Below, piece by piece: positions 36,887 through 46,579 of a stretch of DNA of 64,000 nucleotides (the first letter of the stretch is position 1; each line of letters begins with the position of its first letter). The position numbers were made by a program, and so were the translations under genes. Location: the NCBI GenBank assembly GCA_965223845.1, contig CBDCXR010000004.1, positions 6,080,001 to 6,144,000 on the forward strand, given 5' to 3'. Source of the DNA: Planctomycetota bacterium. GTDB lineage: Bacteria > Planctomycetota > UBA8108 > SXIK01. Below the pieces are notes generated by a model, which did no database searches, was not told the origin of the DNA, and saw only the letters and a program-made list of their open reading frames with translations.

Positions 36887-39800
36887 TCAGTCGATGAACA
36901 AGAACTCGTTGGTCGAAAGCAAGATCTGTGCGAGCTGTGCCCAGCCGCCGAGTCGGCGTTTCGAATCGGGAGTGAAATCCGTCCGAGAGTTCCACGCAAC
37001 CGACGCCTCGTGGGCGCGCAAGCTCGCGTCGCGGATGTCGATCTCCCACGAATACTGATCGTGACTCAGCGTGCCGCCGATATCGACGACGAAGTCGATC
37101 GTTTCGCCTGCGATCACTTCGACCTCGCCGACCGAGACGGAGCTCGCGTTCCGATGGATCTCTTTCCGAGCGAGCAGGCCGGACCTCGAGCTCACGATAC
37201 GCGCCGAGATTCCGTCGCCTTCTTTCGGCTCGTGTGCGAGTCGACTCTCGATGCGCACCGCCATCGCGCGCGGTGCGGTCCACCGGCGGATCGACGCGTG
37301 CTCTTTGTCGTTCCCGGGGTGCCCGCCCGTCGCCGTCAACTGAACCCAGCCGAGCTTCGGGTCCGGCCAGCGCGCTCCGCCCTGCCACGCCTCGCCGGTG
37401 AAGTGGGGAAGAGGCGCGAAATTCGCCACCCGCTTCGCCTTCTCGTCGAAGAGTCCGAATCCGTACTGCCAGTCCCGAGCCGTAGCCGGCGCGGCGTCTA
37501 CGGGTCGCGCCGACTCGATCAGCTCCGCTCCCTCCCGGAGCTCGGCCGCGTCGGGTTCCCGCTGAAACGCGCGCGCAAAGAGCGCCCGGATTCCGATCTC
37601 CCGCGCCTTCGCGCTCTCACCGTAACGCGCGAGCGCGAGCGCGCGATCGAGGACGAGCGGATGATTGAGAAAGAACAGAGCCTGCTGCGGCACCGTCGTT
37701 TCGCGCCGTGCCGGAATGTGAAGGTCCGGGTTCGCGAAGTCGAACGTCCGGAGCGCGGCGGGCAGAAACTGACGATCGACCTTGGCGTAGAGCGTGCGTC
37801 TTCGCCCGAACGGCTCGCCGAAGAGATCGAACGGTTTGCCGCCCATCGCGGGCTCGAGATCGCTCGCGACCGCGAGCATCGCGTCGCGAAACTCCTCGAA
37901 GGTGAGTCGCCGAGGCGTCATTCGCCAGAGGAGGCGATTGTCCGGATCCGATGCCTCCGCGGCGGCTTTCGCGCGCGGGTCGGACGGCCCTGTCGACGCC
38001 TGGCGGAACGTCGCCGAGAGGACGATCGTGCGGTGCAGCTTCTTGAGGCTCCACCCGTCGGTGACGAATCGAGCCGCGAGCCAGTCGAGGAGCTCCGGAT
38101 GGGAAGGCGGGGCGGCGCGGCGACCGAAGTCGCTCGGTGTCGCAACGAATCCTCGTCCGAAGTGATGCATCCACACACGATTGACGATGACGCGCGCGGT
38201 GAGAGGATTCGACGGCGATGCGATCGCCTCGGCGAGCTCGAGTCGACCGCTTCCCTTTCGAAACGGTTCCGAGGTCTCGGCGATCACGGGGAGAAACCGC
38301 CGCGGCACCTCCTCTCCCTTGTCGATCGGGTTTCCACGGCGGAAGATCCGCGGTCGAGCCGGAACGGAGCGATCCCGAAGCACGGTCGTGAACGGAGCGG
38401 CGCCGCGCGCATTGATGATCCAGCGGTCAACTTCGCCCTGCAGTTTCCACAGCTCTCCCACGCGTCCCGAGTCGAAGAAGTTCTCGCAGTCGACGATCGC
38501 TTCGTCCGGCACCTCGCACGGCGCGTTCTCGCCGTAGAGCACTCGCCGGAGCGCGTCGGTCGCGTCGTCGAGGGAACCACGCGAGACGGATGAAGTACTC
38601 GCGTCCGCGGATCTTCGCGCCGCCTTCCAACGCTCGTCGGCGGCCGTAAGGACGCGAGCGTAGCGATCGATGACGTCGTCGAAGCTTTTCGGTGGCTCTC
38701 TGAACGCCTCTCCGATGAGCGGATGGACGTCTCCTCGTTCTCCGCTCTGGAGCGCGCGTGTCACCTCGGCGGTGAGTTTCGCAAATGACTCCTGCGGTAA
38801 CGAGGCGTAGGCGTGCCACGGAACGAAGATCGGATCGCGTTCCTCTCTCGCGCGACGGAGGAACTCCTCCCATCGACGCACGAAGGCCGGAAGAAGATCG
38901 TCCGGCTGAAAGATCTGGTCGAAGCCATCGGCGGGGAATTCGCCAAGGCGAGTCTGCGCCTTCAAGTAGTCGCCGATTCGCCGGCGCGCGCGGTCCGACG
39001 CTTCGAGACGGAACGCCGCGAGCTGCGTGGCGAGCTTCTCTTGGCGCTTGGCGAGCTCCGATTCGAACGCCGCGTCGCTCGCTCCGCCGGGAAGTCGCTC
39101 GACTCGTTCGCTCGAGCTGTCGAACACCCCGTAGAGCGAATAGTAGTCGGCGGTCGCGATCGGATCGTATTTGTGATCGTGGCAGCGCGCGCAGCTCACC
39201 GTGAGACCGAGCGTGCCGCGAGTGACGACGTCGATGCGGTCGTCGATGATCTCTCGCGCGACGCCGAGGAATCGGCGGCCGAGAGTGAGGAACCCCATCG
39301 CCGCGAGATCTTCCGGCCGGCGATCCTCGATCTGATCGGCCGCGATCTGGAGCCGAAGGAACCGATCGTAGGGCAGGTCTTCGTTGAGCGCTCGCACCAC
39401 CCAGTCGCGATACGTCCACGCGTGGATCCACGTGCGCTCCTCCCGGGCGTAAACGTAGCCTTTGGTATCGGAGTAGCGAGCGACGTCGAGCCAGTGGCGA
39501 GCCCACCGCTCGCCGTAGCGCGGAGAGTCGAGAAACGAGTCGACGAGGCGCTCGTATGCATCGAGGCGCGGATCGCGGAGGAACTCGCGCACTTCTTCGA
39601 CGCTCGGCGGGAGCCCGCGGAGTGCGAAGCTGAGCCGCCGAATGAGTGTCCGTCGGTCGGCCTCCGGCGAAGCTTCGAGACCCTCTCCCTCGAGTCGCGC
39701 GCGAACGAACGCATCGATTGGATTTCGCGTCGGCGCGTCGCCCCCGACTCGAGGGATCGTAGGCGCGCGCACGGGCTCGAAGGCCCAGTGCTTCTCGCTC

Positions 39801-40183
39801 GCGGCCGGCTTCTCCGTTCCTTCAACCGATGCCGGCCACGGAGCGCCCGCTTCGATCCATCGCGCGAGCGCACGCACTTCGCGTTCGCCGAGCGCGCGAT
39901 CGGGTGGCATTTTCGGATCGCCCGTTCGTGCGACCGCCTGAACGAGCCGACTCGCCGCGGAGTCGCCGGGAACGATCGCTGGCCCCCGCTCGCCTCCGCG
40001 GAGGATCGCCGCCCGCGAGTCGACGCGGAATCTGCTCTTCGCCTTCTCGCCGCCGTGGCAGCCACCACACTTCGAGACGAGGAGCGGGCGGATTTCGCGC
40101 TCGAAGAATTCCGTCGCCGCGAATTCGTCTGCCGCCGCGGGCGTAAGGAGTGATGCGACTAGTAAGGCCCGAACTATCGCCAC
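36887..40183 (-). CDS. PSD1 and planctomycete cytochrome c domain protein (DUF1549/DUF1553)
   Basis: CGGCH, HWAF, YGERWARHWLDVARY, CARCHDHKYDPI, NPLTARVIVNRVW, PSHPELLDWLA, NEFLFID. Confidence 0.94.
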   Translation of the reverse strand: MAIVRALLVASLLTPAAADEFAATEFFEREIRPLLVSKCGGCHGGEKAKSRFRVDSRAAILRGGERGPAIVPGDSAASRLVQAVARTGDPKMPPDRALGEREVRALARWIEAGAPWPASVEGTEKPAASEKHWAFEPVRAPTIPRVGGDAPTRNPIDAFVRARLEGEGLEASPEADRRTLIRRLSFALRGLPPSVEEVREFLRDPRLDAYERLVDSFLDSPRYGERWARHWLDVARYSDTKGYVYAREERTWIHAWTYRDWVVRALNEDLPYDRFLRLQIAADQIEDRRPEDLAAMGFLTLGRRFLGVAREIIDDRIDVVTRGTLGLTVSCARCHDHKYDPIATADYYSLYGVFDSSSERVERLPGGASDAAFESELAKRQEKLATQLAAFRLEASDRARRRIGDYLKAQTRLGEFPADGFDQIFQPDDLLPAFVRRWEEFLRRAREERDPIFVPWHAYASLPQESFAKLTAEVTRALQSGERGDVHPLIGEAFREPPKSFDDVIDRYARVLTAADERWKAARRSADASTSSVSRGSLDDATDALRRVLYGENAPCEVPDEAIVDCENFFDSGRVGELWKLQGEVDRWIINARGAAPFTTVLRDRSVPARPRIFRRGNPIDKGEEVPRRFLPVIAETSEPFRKGSGRLELAEAIASPSNPLTARVIVNRVWMHHFGRGFVATPSDFGRRAAPPSHPELLDWLAARFVTDGWSLKKLHRTIVLSATFRQASTGPSDPRAKAAAEASDPDNRLLWRMTPRRLTFEEFRDAMLAVASDLEPAMGGKPFDLFGEPFGRRRTLYAKVDRQFLPAALRTFDFANPDLHIPARRETTVPQQALFFLNHPLVLDRALALARYGESAKAREIGIRALFARAFQREPDAAELREGAELIESARPVDAAPATARDWQYGFGLFDEKAKRVANFAPLPHFTGEAWQGGARWPDPKLGWVQLTATGGHPGNDKEHASIRRWTAPRAMAVRIESRLAHEPKEGDGISARIVSSRSGLLARKEIHRNASSVSVGEVEVIAGETIDFVVDIGGTLSHDQYSWEIDIRDASLRAHEASVAWNSRTDFTPDSKRRLGGWAQLAQILLSTNEFLFID

Positions 40184-40255
40184 GGCACGTCTCCCTTCCG
40201 CTCGCCATTCTGAGCGAGCGAACGTAGCGGATCAACGAGACGTCCCGGAAACGTC

Positions 40256-41695
40256 CTACTCGAGCTTCATGCTGTCGACGCTTTCCGTCAGCTTCTTGCC
40301 GACATCGCTCCACTGAGCTTCGAGCGCCGCTGCGGTTGCGACGTACACGCGACCGTCGGCGAGCTCGATCCGCGCGTAAAAGCGAAGATCGCGCCCGTTC
40401 AGCTTCCCGGAGTAGTCGAGCGTCGCGGTTCCCGCTGCGTGCCCGACGCTCTCCGCAATGATCGTCATGTTGACTAGCTCGAGCTTCTGCTTCGTGATCG
40501 TGACGTAACCGTCGATCGAGCCGACGTACGGCTCGATTTGAACCTCGACGTGCGGCGCGTAGCCGCTCGTCGCTGGGAGGTAGAGCACGGCCGATCGATA
40601 CGGTGCAGCACTCACGCCCGCTTCGAGCGGTGCGATCGAGAATCCGTTCTTCTCGAACTGAAGCCTTGGCGGGCGTCCGGCGACGTCGGCGCCGGGCTTC
40701 ATCCGCAGAAGCTTCATGATGCGCCCCGACACGTTCCAGTCCTGGACGTAGAGATTCCCCGCCCCGTCCCAATACGATCCGTGCGTGCCGCTGAAGTAAC
40801 CTTCGACCCAATCCTCTTGCTTGATGCCGAACGACCCGCCCTTCCTTCGGTCGGGGTTGTGGCCGAGCACGGCGATGATCGTGTTCGTCTTATCGAGAAT
40901 GACGAGACGACCGTGGAGATCGGGTACCGAGACGAAATCGCCCCGAACCGCCGCCGAGGTCGGCATGCCGAGCCCCGTCACGACTTCGCCGATGAACTCG
41001 CCGTCGAGGCCGTAGTGGACGAGGCGTCCCTTGGGTTGGTGGTTTCGATCGCAGATGAGAAGCCGGGGAGGGTCGTAGCGCGTATCTAGCGTCATCCCGT
41101 GCGCAGTGTTGAACTCCTTGAGACCGTTCCCTTTCTTCCCAAAGTACATGACGAACTTGCCGGTCTTGTCGAACTTGAAGATCCGGTCGCTCGCGTACCC
41201 GTCCGCCAAGACGATGTCGCCGTTTGGGGCGACGGTGATCGCCGTCGGCTTGAAGTTCCTGCCGTCTAGCCCCGAGTCCTCGGGAAAGCCGAGCTTCAGC
41301 ACGATCTCACCGTCCGACGCTTTGATCTTGAGTCCCTCGCGATCGTTGTTGCGCGCGCCGTAGATGTATTCGGTACCGTTCTCATCCCGAATCTCGAGGT
41401 CGTGAATGTTCGAGTAGCTCTTCCCGAGGAACGAGCGGACGACCTGCCCGCCGGGCGAGAATACGACGACTCCCTTCTGCGCGCTCGTGTAGACGTTGCC
41501 GGCCTTGTCGACGACGACTCCGCCGTGCGTCGGGCCGAGCACAGACTTTCCGTCGGCGCCGAGTCCCCAGCCCGGAACGGTGTGAAACGTCATCTCGCCG
41601 CAGCCCATGCTCACCGGCAGAGGAGATTCCTTCGCGGAGATCGTGGTGGTGGACGAGATCGCGAGCGCGATGGCAAGTAGCGATGAGGTTTTCAT
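40256..41695 (-). CDS. Secreted NHL-repeat beta-propeller protein fused to a PsbP/DcrB-like C-terminal domain
   Basis: Signal peptide; THGGVVVD, LADGY, FNTAHG, ICDR, YVQDW repeats; C-terminal GFSI...GRVYVATAAALEAQWSDVGKKLTESVDSMKLE. Confidence 0.8.
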   Translation of the reverse strand: MKTSSLLAIALAISSTTTISAKESPLPVSMGCGEMTFHTVPGWGLGADGKSVLGPTHGGVVVDKAGNVYTSAQKGVVVFSPGGQVVRSFLGKSYSNIHDLEIRDENGTEYIYGARNNDREGLKIKASDGEIVLKLGFPEDSGLDGRNFKPTAITVAPNGDIVLADGYASDRIFKFDKTGKFVMYFGKKGNGLKEFNTAHGMTLDTRYDPPRLLICDRNHQPKGRLVHYGLDGEFIGEVVTGLGMPTSAAVRGDFVSVPDLHGRLVILDKTNTIIAVLGHNPDRRKGGSFGIKQEDWVEGYFSGTHGSYWDGAGNLYVQDWNVSGRIMKLLRMKPGADVAGRPPRLQFEKNGFSIAPLEAGVSAAPYRSAVLYLPATSGYAPHVEVQIEPYVGSIDGYVTITKQKLELVNMTIIAESVGHAAGTATLDYSGKLNGRDLRFYARIELADGRVYVATAAALEAQWSDVGKKLTESVDSMKLE

Positions 41696-42121
41696 GTGGA
41701 GCTCCAACGGACGCGGCTGCGCGCGGCGCACGCGAGACGCGAGGTCAACTGGATGAATTCGGATGGGGGAGGGTCGACGCTCTCCGCCGCGAATGCCTCC
41801 AAATTCGAAGGGCTCTTCGCGTGCGGTCATCGTGGATGCCTATTCTCCGTGAGGAGGTCGCGGAAATCCACGGACAGCGCGCCGCCGGCCGAGCGGCACG
41901 GGATTCTCGCTCCCGTGAGCTTCGAATGACGCCACGGCTCGGCGTATCGGTGGATGTTCGGTAGTCTCGCCACGGGGTGAATCCGGTGCAGAGGGCGAGC
42001 GATTCGGCTCTCGCCTCTTCGCGTTCGATCCGAGGAGAGCTTGACGTCGCGATCCCTAGATTCGCTAATCGTGTCGGGGCGGGCGTTCTCCAGGAGGGAA
42101 GGCGGAGCGAGGCGAAACCCG

Positions 42122-43420
42122 ATGTCCCAGCGAAAGATCCATCGGCGAGCGGTTTTCAAGCGAGCAGCGGGCGCGGCGACGGCGCTCGTGGCGCCGAGCT
42201 TCGTCCCCGCGTCCATTCTCGGCCGAAGCGGCCGCGTACCGCCGAGCGACAAGATCACCGTCGGCTTCATCGGAGTCGGGGGACACGGACGACAGCGGAA
42301 CCTCGAGCAGTACCTCGGCCAGGACGACGCGCGCGTCCTCGCCGCGTGCGACGTCGACTCGAACCATCTCGCGATCGCGACGAACCGGATCAACGAGGTT
42401 TACCGAAACAAGGACTGCGCGACGTACAGAGATTTCCGCGAGCTCCTCGCGCGGGACGACATCGACGCCGTCATGATCTCGACGCCCGACCACTGGCACG
42501 TCCTCATGAGCGTACTCGCCGTCCGCGCGGGGAAGGACGTCCAATGCGAGAAGCCGACACTCACGATCGACGAAGGGAAGATCCTCGTCCGAGAGGTGCG
42601 AAAGCACCGCAAGGTGTTTCAAACGAGCACGGAAGACCGATCAATCCCCGTCTACCACCGAATCGCGGAGCTCGTTCGGAACGGACGCATCGGGAAGCTG
42701 CAGACGATACGCGTCACGCTCCCCCAGCAACCGAAGGAGCCCGGTGACCCGACGCCGCAGCCCGTCCCGAAGGACCTCGACTACGATCTCTGGCTCGGCC
42801 CGGCGCCGTTTGCCCCGTACACGAAGGGGCGAGTTCATTTCCACTTTCGCTGGATCTCGGACTACTCGGGCGGAATCATTCCCGACTGGGGCGCGCACCT
42901 CTTCGACACCGCAGCGTGGGCGAGCGACACGGAGCGGAGCGGTCCGATTAAGGTGGAGGGAAGCGGAACGTTTTGGAAGGGCGGCCTTTACGATACCGCG
43001 AAGGACTATCACGTCGAGTACACGTACGCGGGCGGTCTCAAGATGATCCTCGATCACGGAGGGAGCCGGCTCCGCTTCGAAGGCACGAAAGGGTGGGTCG
43101 AGATTCCGCGGTGGCGCGCGGACATCATCGCGAGCGATCCGAAGATCCTCGATTCGAAGATCGGACCGGACGGAGTTCGTCTGTACACGAATCCAGCTGG
43201 CGAGCACCGTGATTTTCTCGACTGCGTGAAGTCGCGGAAGGACCCGTATTTCCCGGCGGACATCGGCCACCGCGTCTCGACGCTCTGCCACCTCGCCGAC
43301 ATCGCGCTTCGGCTCGGGCGCCCGCTCGAGTGGGATCCGAAGGCAGAGCGCTTTTCGAAGGACGATGAGGCGAACCGAATGTTGTCGCGTCCGATGCGTG
43401 AGCCGTGGAGCTTCGCGTAG
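42122..43420 (+). CDS. Tat-exported Gfo/Idh/MocA family oxidoreductase
   Basis: RRAVF, IGVGGHG, STPDHWH, CEKP, WLGPAP, DWGAHLFD. Confidence 0.93.
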   Translation: MSQRKIHRRAVFKRAAGAATALVAPSFVPASILGRSGRVPPSDKITVGFIGVGGHGRQRNLEQYLGQDDARVLAACDVDSNHLAIATNRINEVYRNKDCATYRDFRELLARDDIDAVMISTPDHWHVLMSVLAVRAGKDVQCEKPTLTIDEGKILVREVRKHRKVFQTSTEDRSIPVYHRIAELVRNGRIGKLQTIRVTLPQQPKEPGDPTPQPVPKDLDYDLWLGPAPFAPYTKGRVHFHFRWISDYSGGIIPDWGAHLFDTAAWASDTERSGPIKVEGSGTFWKGGLYDTAKDYHVEYTYAGGLKMILDHGGSRLRFEGTKGWVEIPRWRADIIASDPKILDSKIGPDGVRLYTNPAGEHRDFLDCVKSRKDPYFPADIGHRVSTLCHLADIALRLGRPLEWDPKAERFSKDDEANRMLSRPMREPWSFA

Positions 43421-43510
43421 ATTCGCTTCCACGGCGCGAAGGATCATTGCGACGGGCGATGGAAACGCGGAGAATCTGAGCGAAACTCTCATCGCGCGGG
43501 AGGCACGACG

Positions 43511-44959
43511 GTGACGGAAATCGAGCGCAAGGCCATCGCGTCGAGCTCGCTCGCAACTCGACGTTCCGTGCTCCGGGCCGGCTCGATCGGCCTCCTCGGT
43601 CTAGGGCTCCCCGAGCTCGGCTATCTCCGCGCCGAATCGACGCGCGAGCCGAAGGCGAAGTCGGTCATCTATATCTTTCTCTCCGGCGGCCTCTCGCAGA
43701 TCGACAGCTTCGACATGAAGCCGGAGGCGCCCGAGAAGTACCGCGGGTCCTTCCGTCCGATCTCGACGAAGACGCCGGGTCTGCAGATCTGCGAACACTT
43801 GCCACTCCTCGCGGCGCGGAGCGACAAGTGGGCGATCTGCCGTTCGCTCACTCATCCATACAACGAGCATTCCCAGGGACACATGGTGATGCTCTCGGGG
43901 CGCCGCGACCTTCCGCCCGGTTTCGACGCGAGCAAGCCACGCGCGGAGGATTGGCCGTCGATCGCGGCGTGCGGCGCGAAGCTGCTCGAGTCTCGCGGCG
44001 CGCTGCCGCCGGCGATGGTTCTTCCCGAACGACTCGTTCACCGGACGGGCCGCGTGATCCCCGGACAGTTTTCCGGAAAGATGGGCGCCGGAGCCGAGCC
44101 GTGGTTCATCGAAGCTTCGAGCTTCAACGCCGCCTCGTACGGCGCGTACCCGACGTTCAATTTCCACCACGAGCGGGGTTCGGAGCAGCGGTCGAATCCC
44201 GCGTTCGCGGTGCCGGAAATCTCACTTCCGGAAGAGATGACACTCGGACGACTTCGCCGGCGCGCCGACATCCTCCGTCTTGTGAACGCTCAGCAGCGCG
44301 CGCTCGAGACCGCCCCGCCGGTCACCTCTTACCGGCGTTACCACGATCTCGCGATTCGACTTCTCGCCGACTCGAAGACGCGGGCGGCGTTCGATCTCTC
44401 CAGCGCGGACGCGCGTACGCTCGATCGCTACGGACGCAATTCCTTCGGCTGGTCGCTCCTTCTCGCGCGCCAGCTCGTTGAGGCGGGAGTTCAGCTCGTC
44501 CAGGTGAACCTCGGGAACAACGAGACGTGGGACACGCATCAAAAGGCGTTTCACAATCTCGAGCACTACTTGTTCCCGCCGACCGACCGGGCCGTCTCGG
44601 CGCTGCTCGACGATCTGGGCGAGAGCGGGCTCCTCGACGATACACTCGTCGTCATGGCGAGCGAGTTTGGCCGGACGCCGCGCATCTTCAGCATCGGGAA
44701 GGGCAAGCTCCCGGGGCGAGACCACTGGGGCGCGGTGCAGACCGTCTGGTTCGCGGGCGGGGGAGTCGCGGGCGGCGCGGTGGTGGGTTCATCGGACGCA
44801 ACGGGCGGGCACCCGAAGGACTCGCCGCAGACGCCGGAGAGCTTCGCCGCGACGATCTTCGACGCCCTGGGGATCCCGCGCGACGCCCACTGGGAGGAGA
44901 AACTCGGGCGTCCCCACCCGCTCTATCGAGCGGACCCGATCCCCGGGCTCGTGAGCTGA
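43511..44959 (+). CDS. DUF1501 family protein
   Basis: RRSVL, GGLSQIDSFDMKP, WDTH, SEFGRTP, GRDHWG. Confidence 0.93.
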   Translation: MTEIERKAIASSSLATRRSVLRAGSIGLLGLGLPELGYLRAESTREPKAKSVIYIFLSGGLSQIDSFDMKPEAPEKYRGSFRPISTKTPGLQICEHLPLLAARSDKWAICRSLTHPYNEHSQGHMVMLSGRRDLPPGFDASKPRAEDWPSIAACGAKLLESRGALPPAMVLPERLVHRTGRVIPGQFSGKMGAGAEPWFIEASSFNAASYGAYPTFNFHHERGSEQRSNPAFAVPEISLPEEMTLGRLRRRADILRLVNAQQRALETAPPVTSYRRYHDLAIRLLADSKTRAAFDLSSADARTLDRYGRNSFGWSLLLARQLVEAGVQLVQVNLGNNETWDTHQKAFHNLEHYLFPPTDRAVSALLDDLGESGLLDDTLVVMASEFGRTPRIFSIGKGKLPGRDHWGAVQTVWFAGGGVAGGAVVGSSDATGGHPKDSPQTPESFAATIFDALGIPRDAHWEEKLGRPHPLYRADPIPGLVS

Positions 44960-45023
44960 ACTCCGCCGTGGAGGGGGCGAACCACACCGCGACTCGGACG
45001 ATCACGGAACGCCCCACAACATT

Positions 45024-45051
45024 CATCGAGATCCGCCGGCCCGATCCGTCA
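45024..45051 (-). promoter_or_regulatory. Candidate ECF promoter TGACGGA-N16-CGATG
   Basis: Same boxes and spacing as 26909-26936; a second TGACGGA-N17-CGAC lies at 45089-45116. Confidence 0.45.
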
Positions 45052-45305
45052 GGATTTTTCCGGGCCGCGTTGCGCGCCGACGAAAGAGGTCGCCGGATCG
45101 GGATGCGAATCCGTCATAAGGTGCTTCACCAAGTTGGCTTACGTGAGGGTCGCACGCGGTTTCGCGGACGCGTCAGCCGCTCTCGACCGCCGCTCGCACT
45201 TGCGCCGACTGGCGCATCCGTCGTCGCCCGTGGGGCTCTCGCCGTCCGGCGGCCAGCCGGCGCCGCGAGAGGATTCCGGAGTCACTCGCCGGGAGGAGCG
45301 GCTGA

Positions 45306-45986
45306 ATGAGCCCGAAGCCTGAGGCGGAGCGGACGAACGGGGACCTTGCCTGGTTCGTCACTCTCCGCCGAGAGGAGTACCGCGGCGAAGCCCGCGCCAA
45401 CCTGATTCGCCTCATCGGCATCGCCGGCTTCTACGCGATCGAGCTCATCAGTTACTACGGGCTCCGGGTCGGGTTCCTGGAGATTCCGCGACAGACAGGC
45501 ATCGACCGGGAGTTTCACGTCGCCGTCACCGCGCTCGCTCTCACCTGGACCGCCGTCGGGCTCGGTGTTCACTTCGCGCTGCGCGCAAGGGTCTTTCCCG
45601 ACGTCCTCAAGTTTGTCTCCACCGGCGCCGACGTCGCGCTCCTCACGTCGGTCCTCGTTCTCGCCGACGGCCCGCGGAGTCCGCTCGTCGTGATCTACTT
45701 CCTCGTGCTCGCTCTCGCTGCGCTCCGCTTCAGCTTGCCGCTCGTTCGTTTTGCCACCGGATCGTCGATCGCCAGCTATCTCTTTCTGAGCGGCTACGCG
45801 CGCTGGTTCGCCGAGCGTGACCTCACCGTTCCTCGCTACGCGCAGTTCGTCGTTCTGCTCGCGCTGCTCCTCGCCGGTGTGGTGCTCGGTCAAGTGCTGC
45901 GCCGCATCCGCGCCATGGTTCGAGAACACGCGAACGCGACGACGGCCGCTCCGCGAACGACGCCGACCGGGGAGCCGAAGCGATGA
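45306..45986 (+). CDS. Polytopic membrane protein, first gene of the radical SAM-Lgt operon
   Basis: RBS GGAGG; about 6 hydrophobic segments; ATGA overlap with the next gene. Confidence 0.8.
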   Translation: MSPKPEAERTNGDLAWFVTLRREEYRGEARANLIRLIGIAGFYAIELISYYGLRVGFLEIPRQTGIDREFHVAVTALALTWTAVGLGVHFALRARVFPDVLKFVSTGADVALLTSVLVLADGPRSPLVVIYFLVLALAALRFSLPLVRFATGSSIASYLFLSGYARWFAERDLTVPRYAQFVVLLALLLAGVVLGQVLRRIRAMVREHANATTAAPRTTPTGEPKR

Positions 45987-46564
45987 GCGGCTTACCATCG
46001 CTCGTTCGGTGCCAGGTTTGCAGCGAACTCAACAACCCCGGTCGATCCATCTGTTGGCTCTGCGAGCAGCCGCTCGAACCCCGAACCGTCGATCCCGTGA
46101 TCCGCGGCCCGGAGATCGAGCCAGTGAGCGAAGAGGGAGCGTCTCTCTTTCACTCCAGCTTGGTGGTCGCGCCGGCTCTCCTCCTCGTTCTTCTCGGCGT
46201 CGGGCTCGTTTGGCCGGGCCTCGGGATCGTGCTGGCGATCGTCCTCGTGATCCCGTTTCTCCGAACGGCGGCGCTCGCGCGCCGGCGCGCTGAGGCCGGC
46301 GCGGAAGACGCGTTTCCATTCCTGGTCGGCTCGTTCGTCGGCTCCACACTCGCGACGTTCGTCGTCATCGCGGTCGTCGGCGTCGTCGGATTCGGCACGT
46401 TTTGCATTACGTGTTTCGGAGTCGGGGTATCCACCAACAACATCCATCTAGCGGTGCTCGGTTCGGGACTTCTCGCGATCATCGTGCTCATTCCTGTTTG
46501 TCGGAGGCTCGCGCGCTGGGTGCGGAATCGCTGGCGGCGCGACGTCAAGCGACGCAGTCTCTAG
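45983..46564 (+). CDS. Membrane protein with N-terminal zinc ribbon and membrane-embedded Cys
   Basis: CQVC...CWLC; about 4 TM segments; GFGTFCITCFG; basic C-terminal tail. Confidence 0.8.
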   Translation: MSGLPSLVRCQVCSELNNPGRSICWLCEQPLEPRTVDPVIRGPEIEPVSEEGASLFHSSLVVAPALLLVLLGVGLVWPGLGIVLAIVLVIPFLRTAALARRRAEAGAEDAFPFLVGSFVGSTLATFVVIAVVGVVGFGTFCITCFGVGVSTNNIHLAVLGSGLLAIIVLIPVCRRLARWVRNRWRRDVKRRSL

Positions 46565-46579
46565 CTAGGTCTTCTTCTC

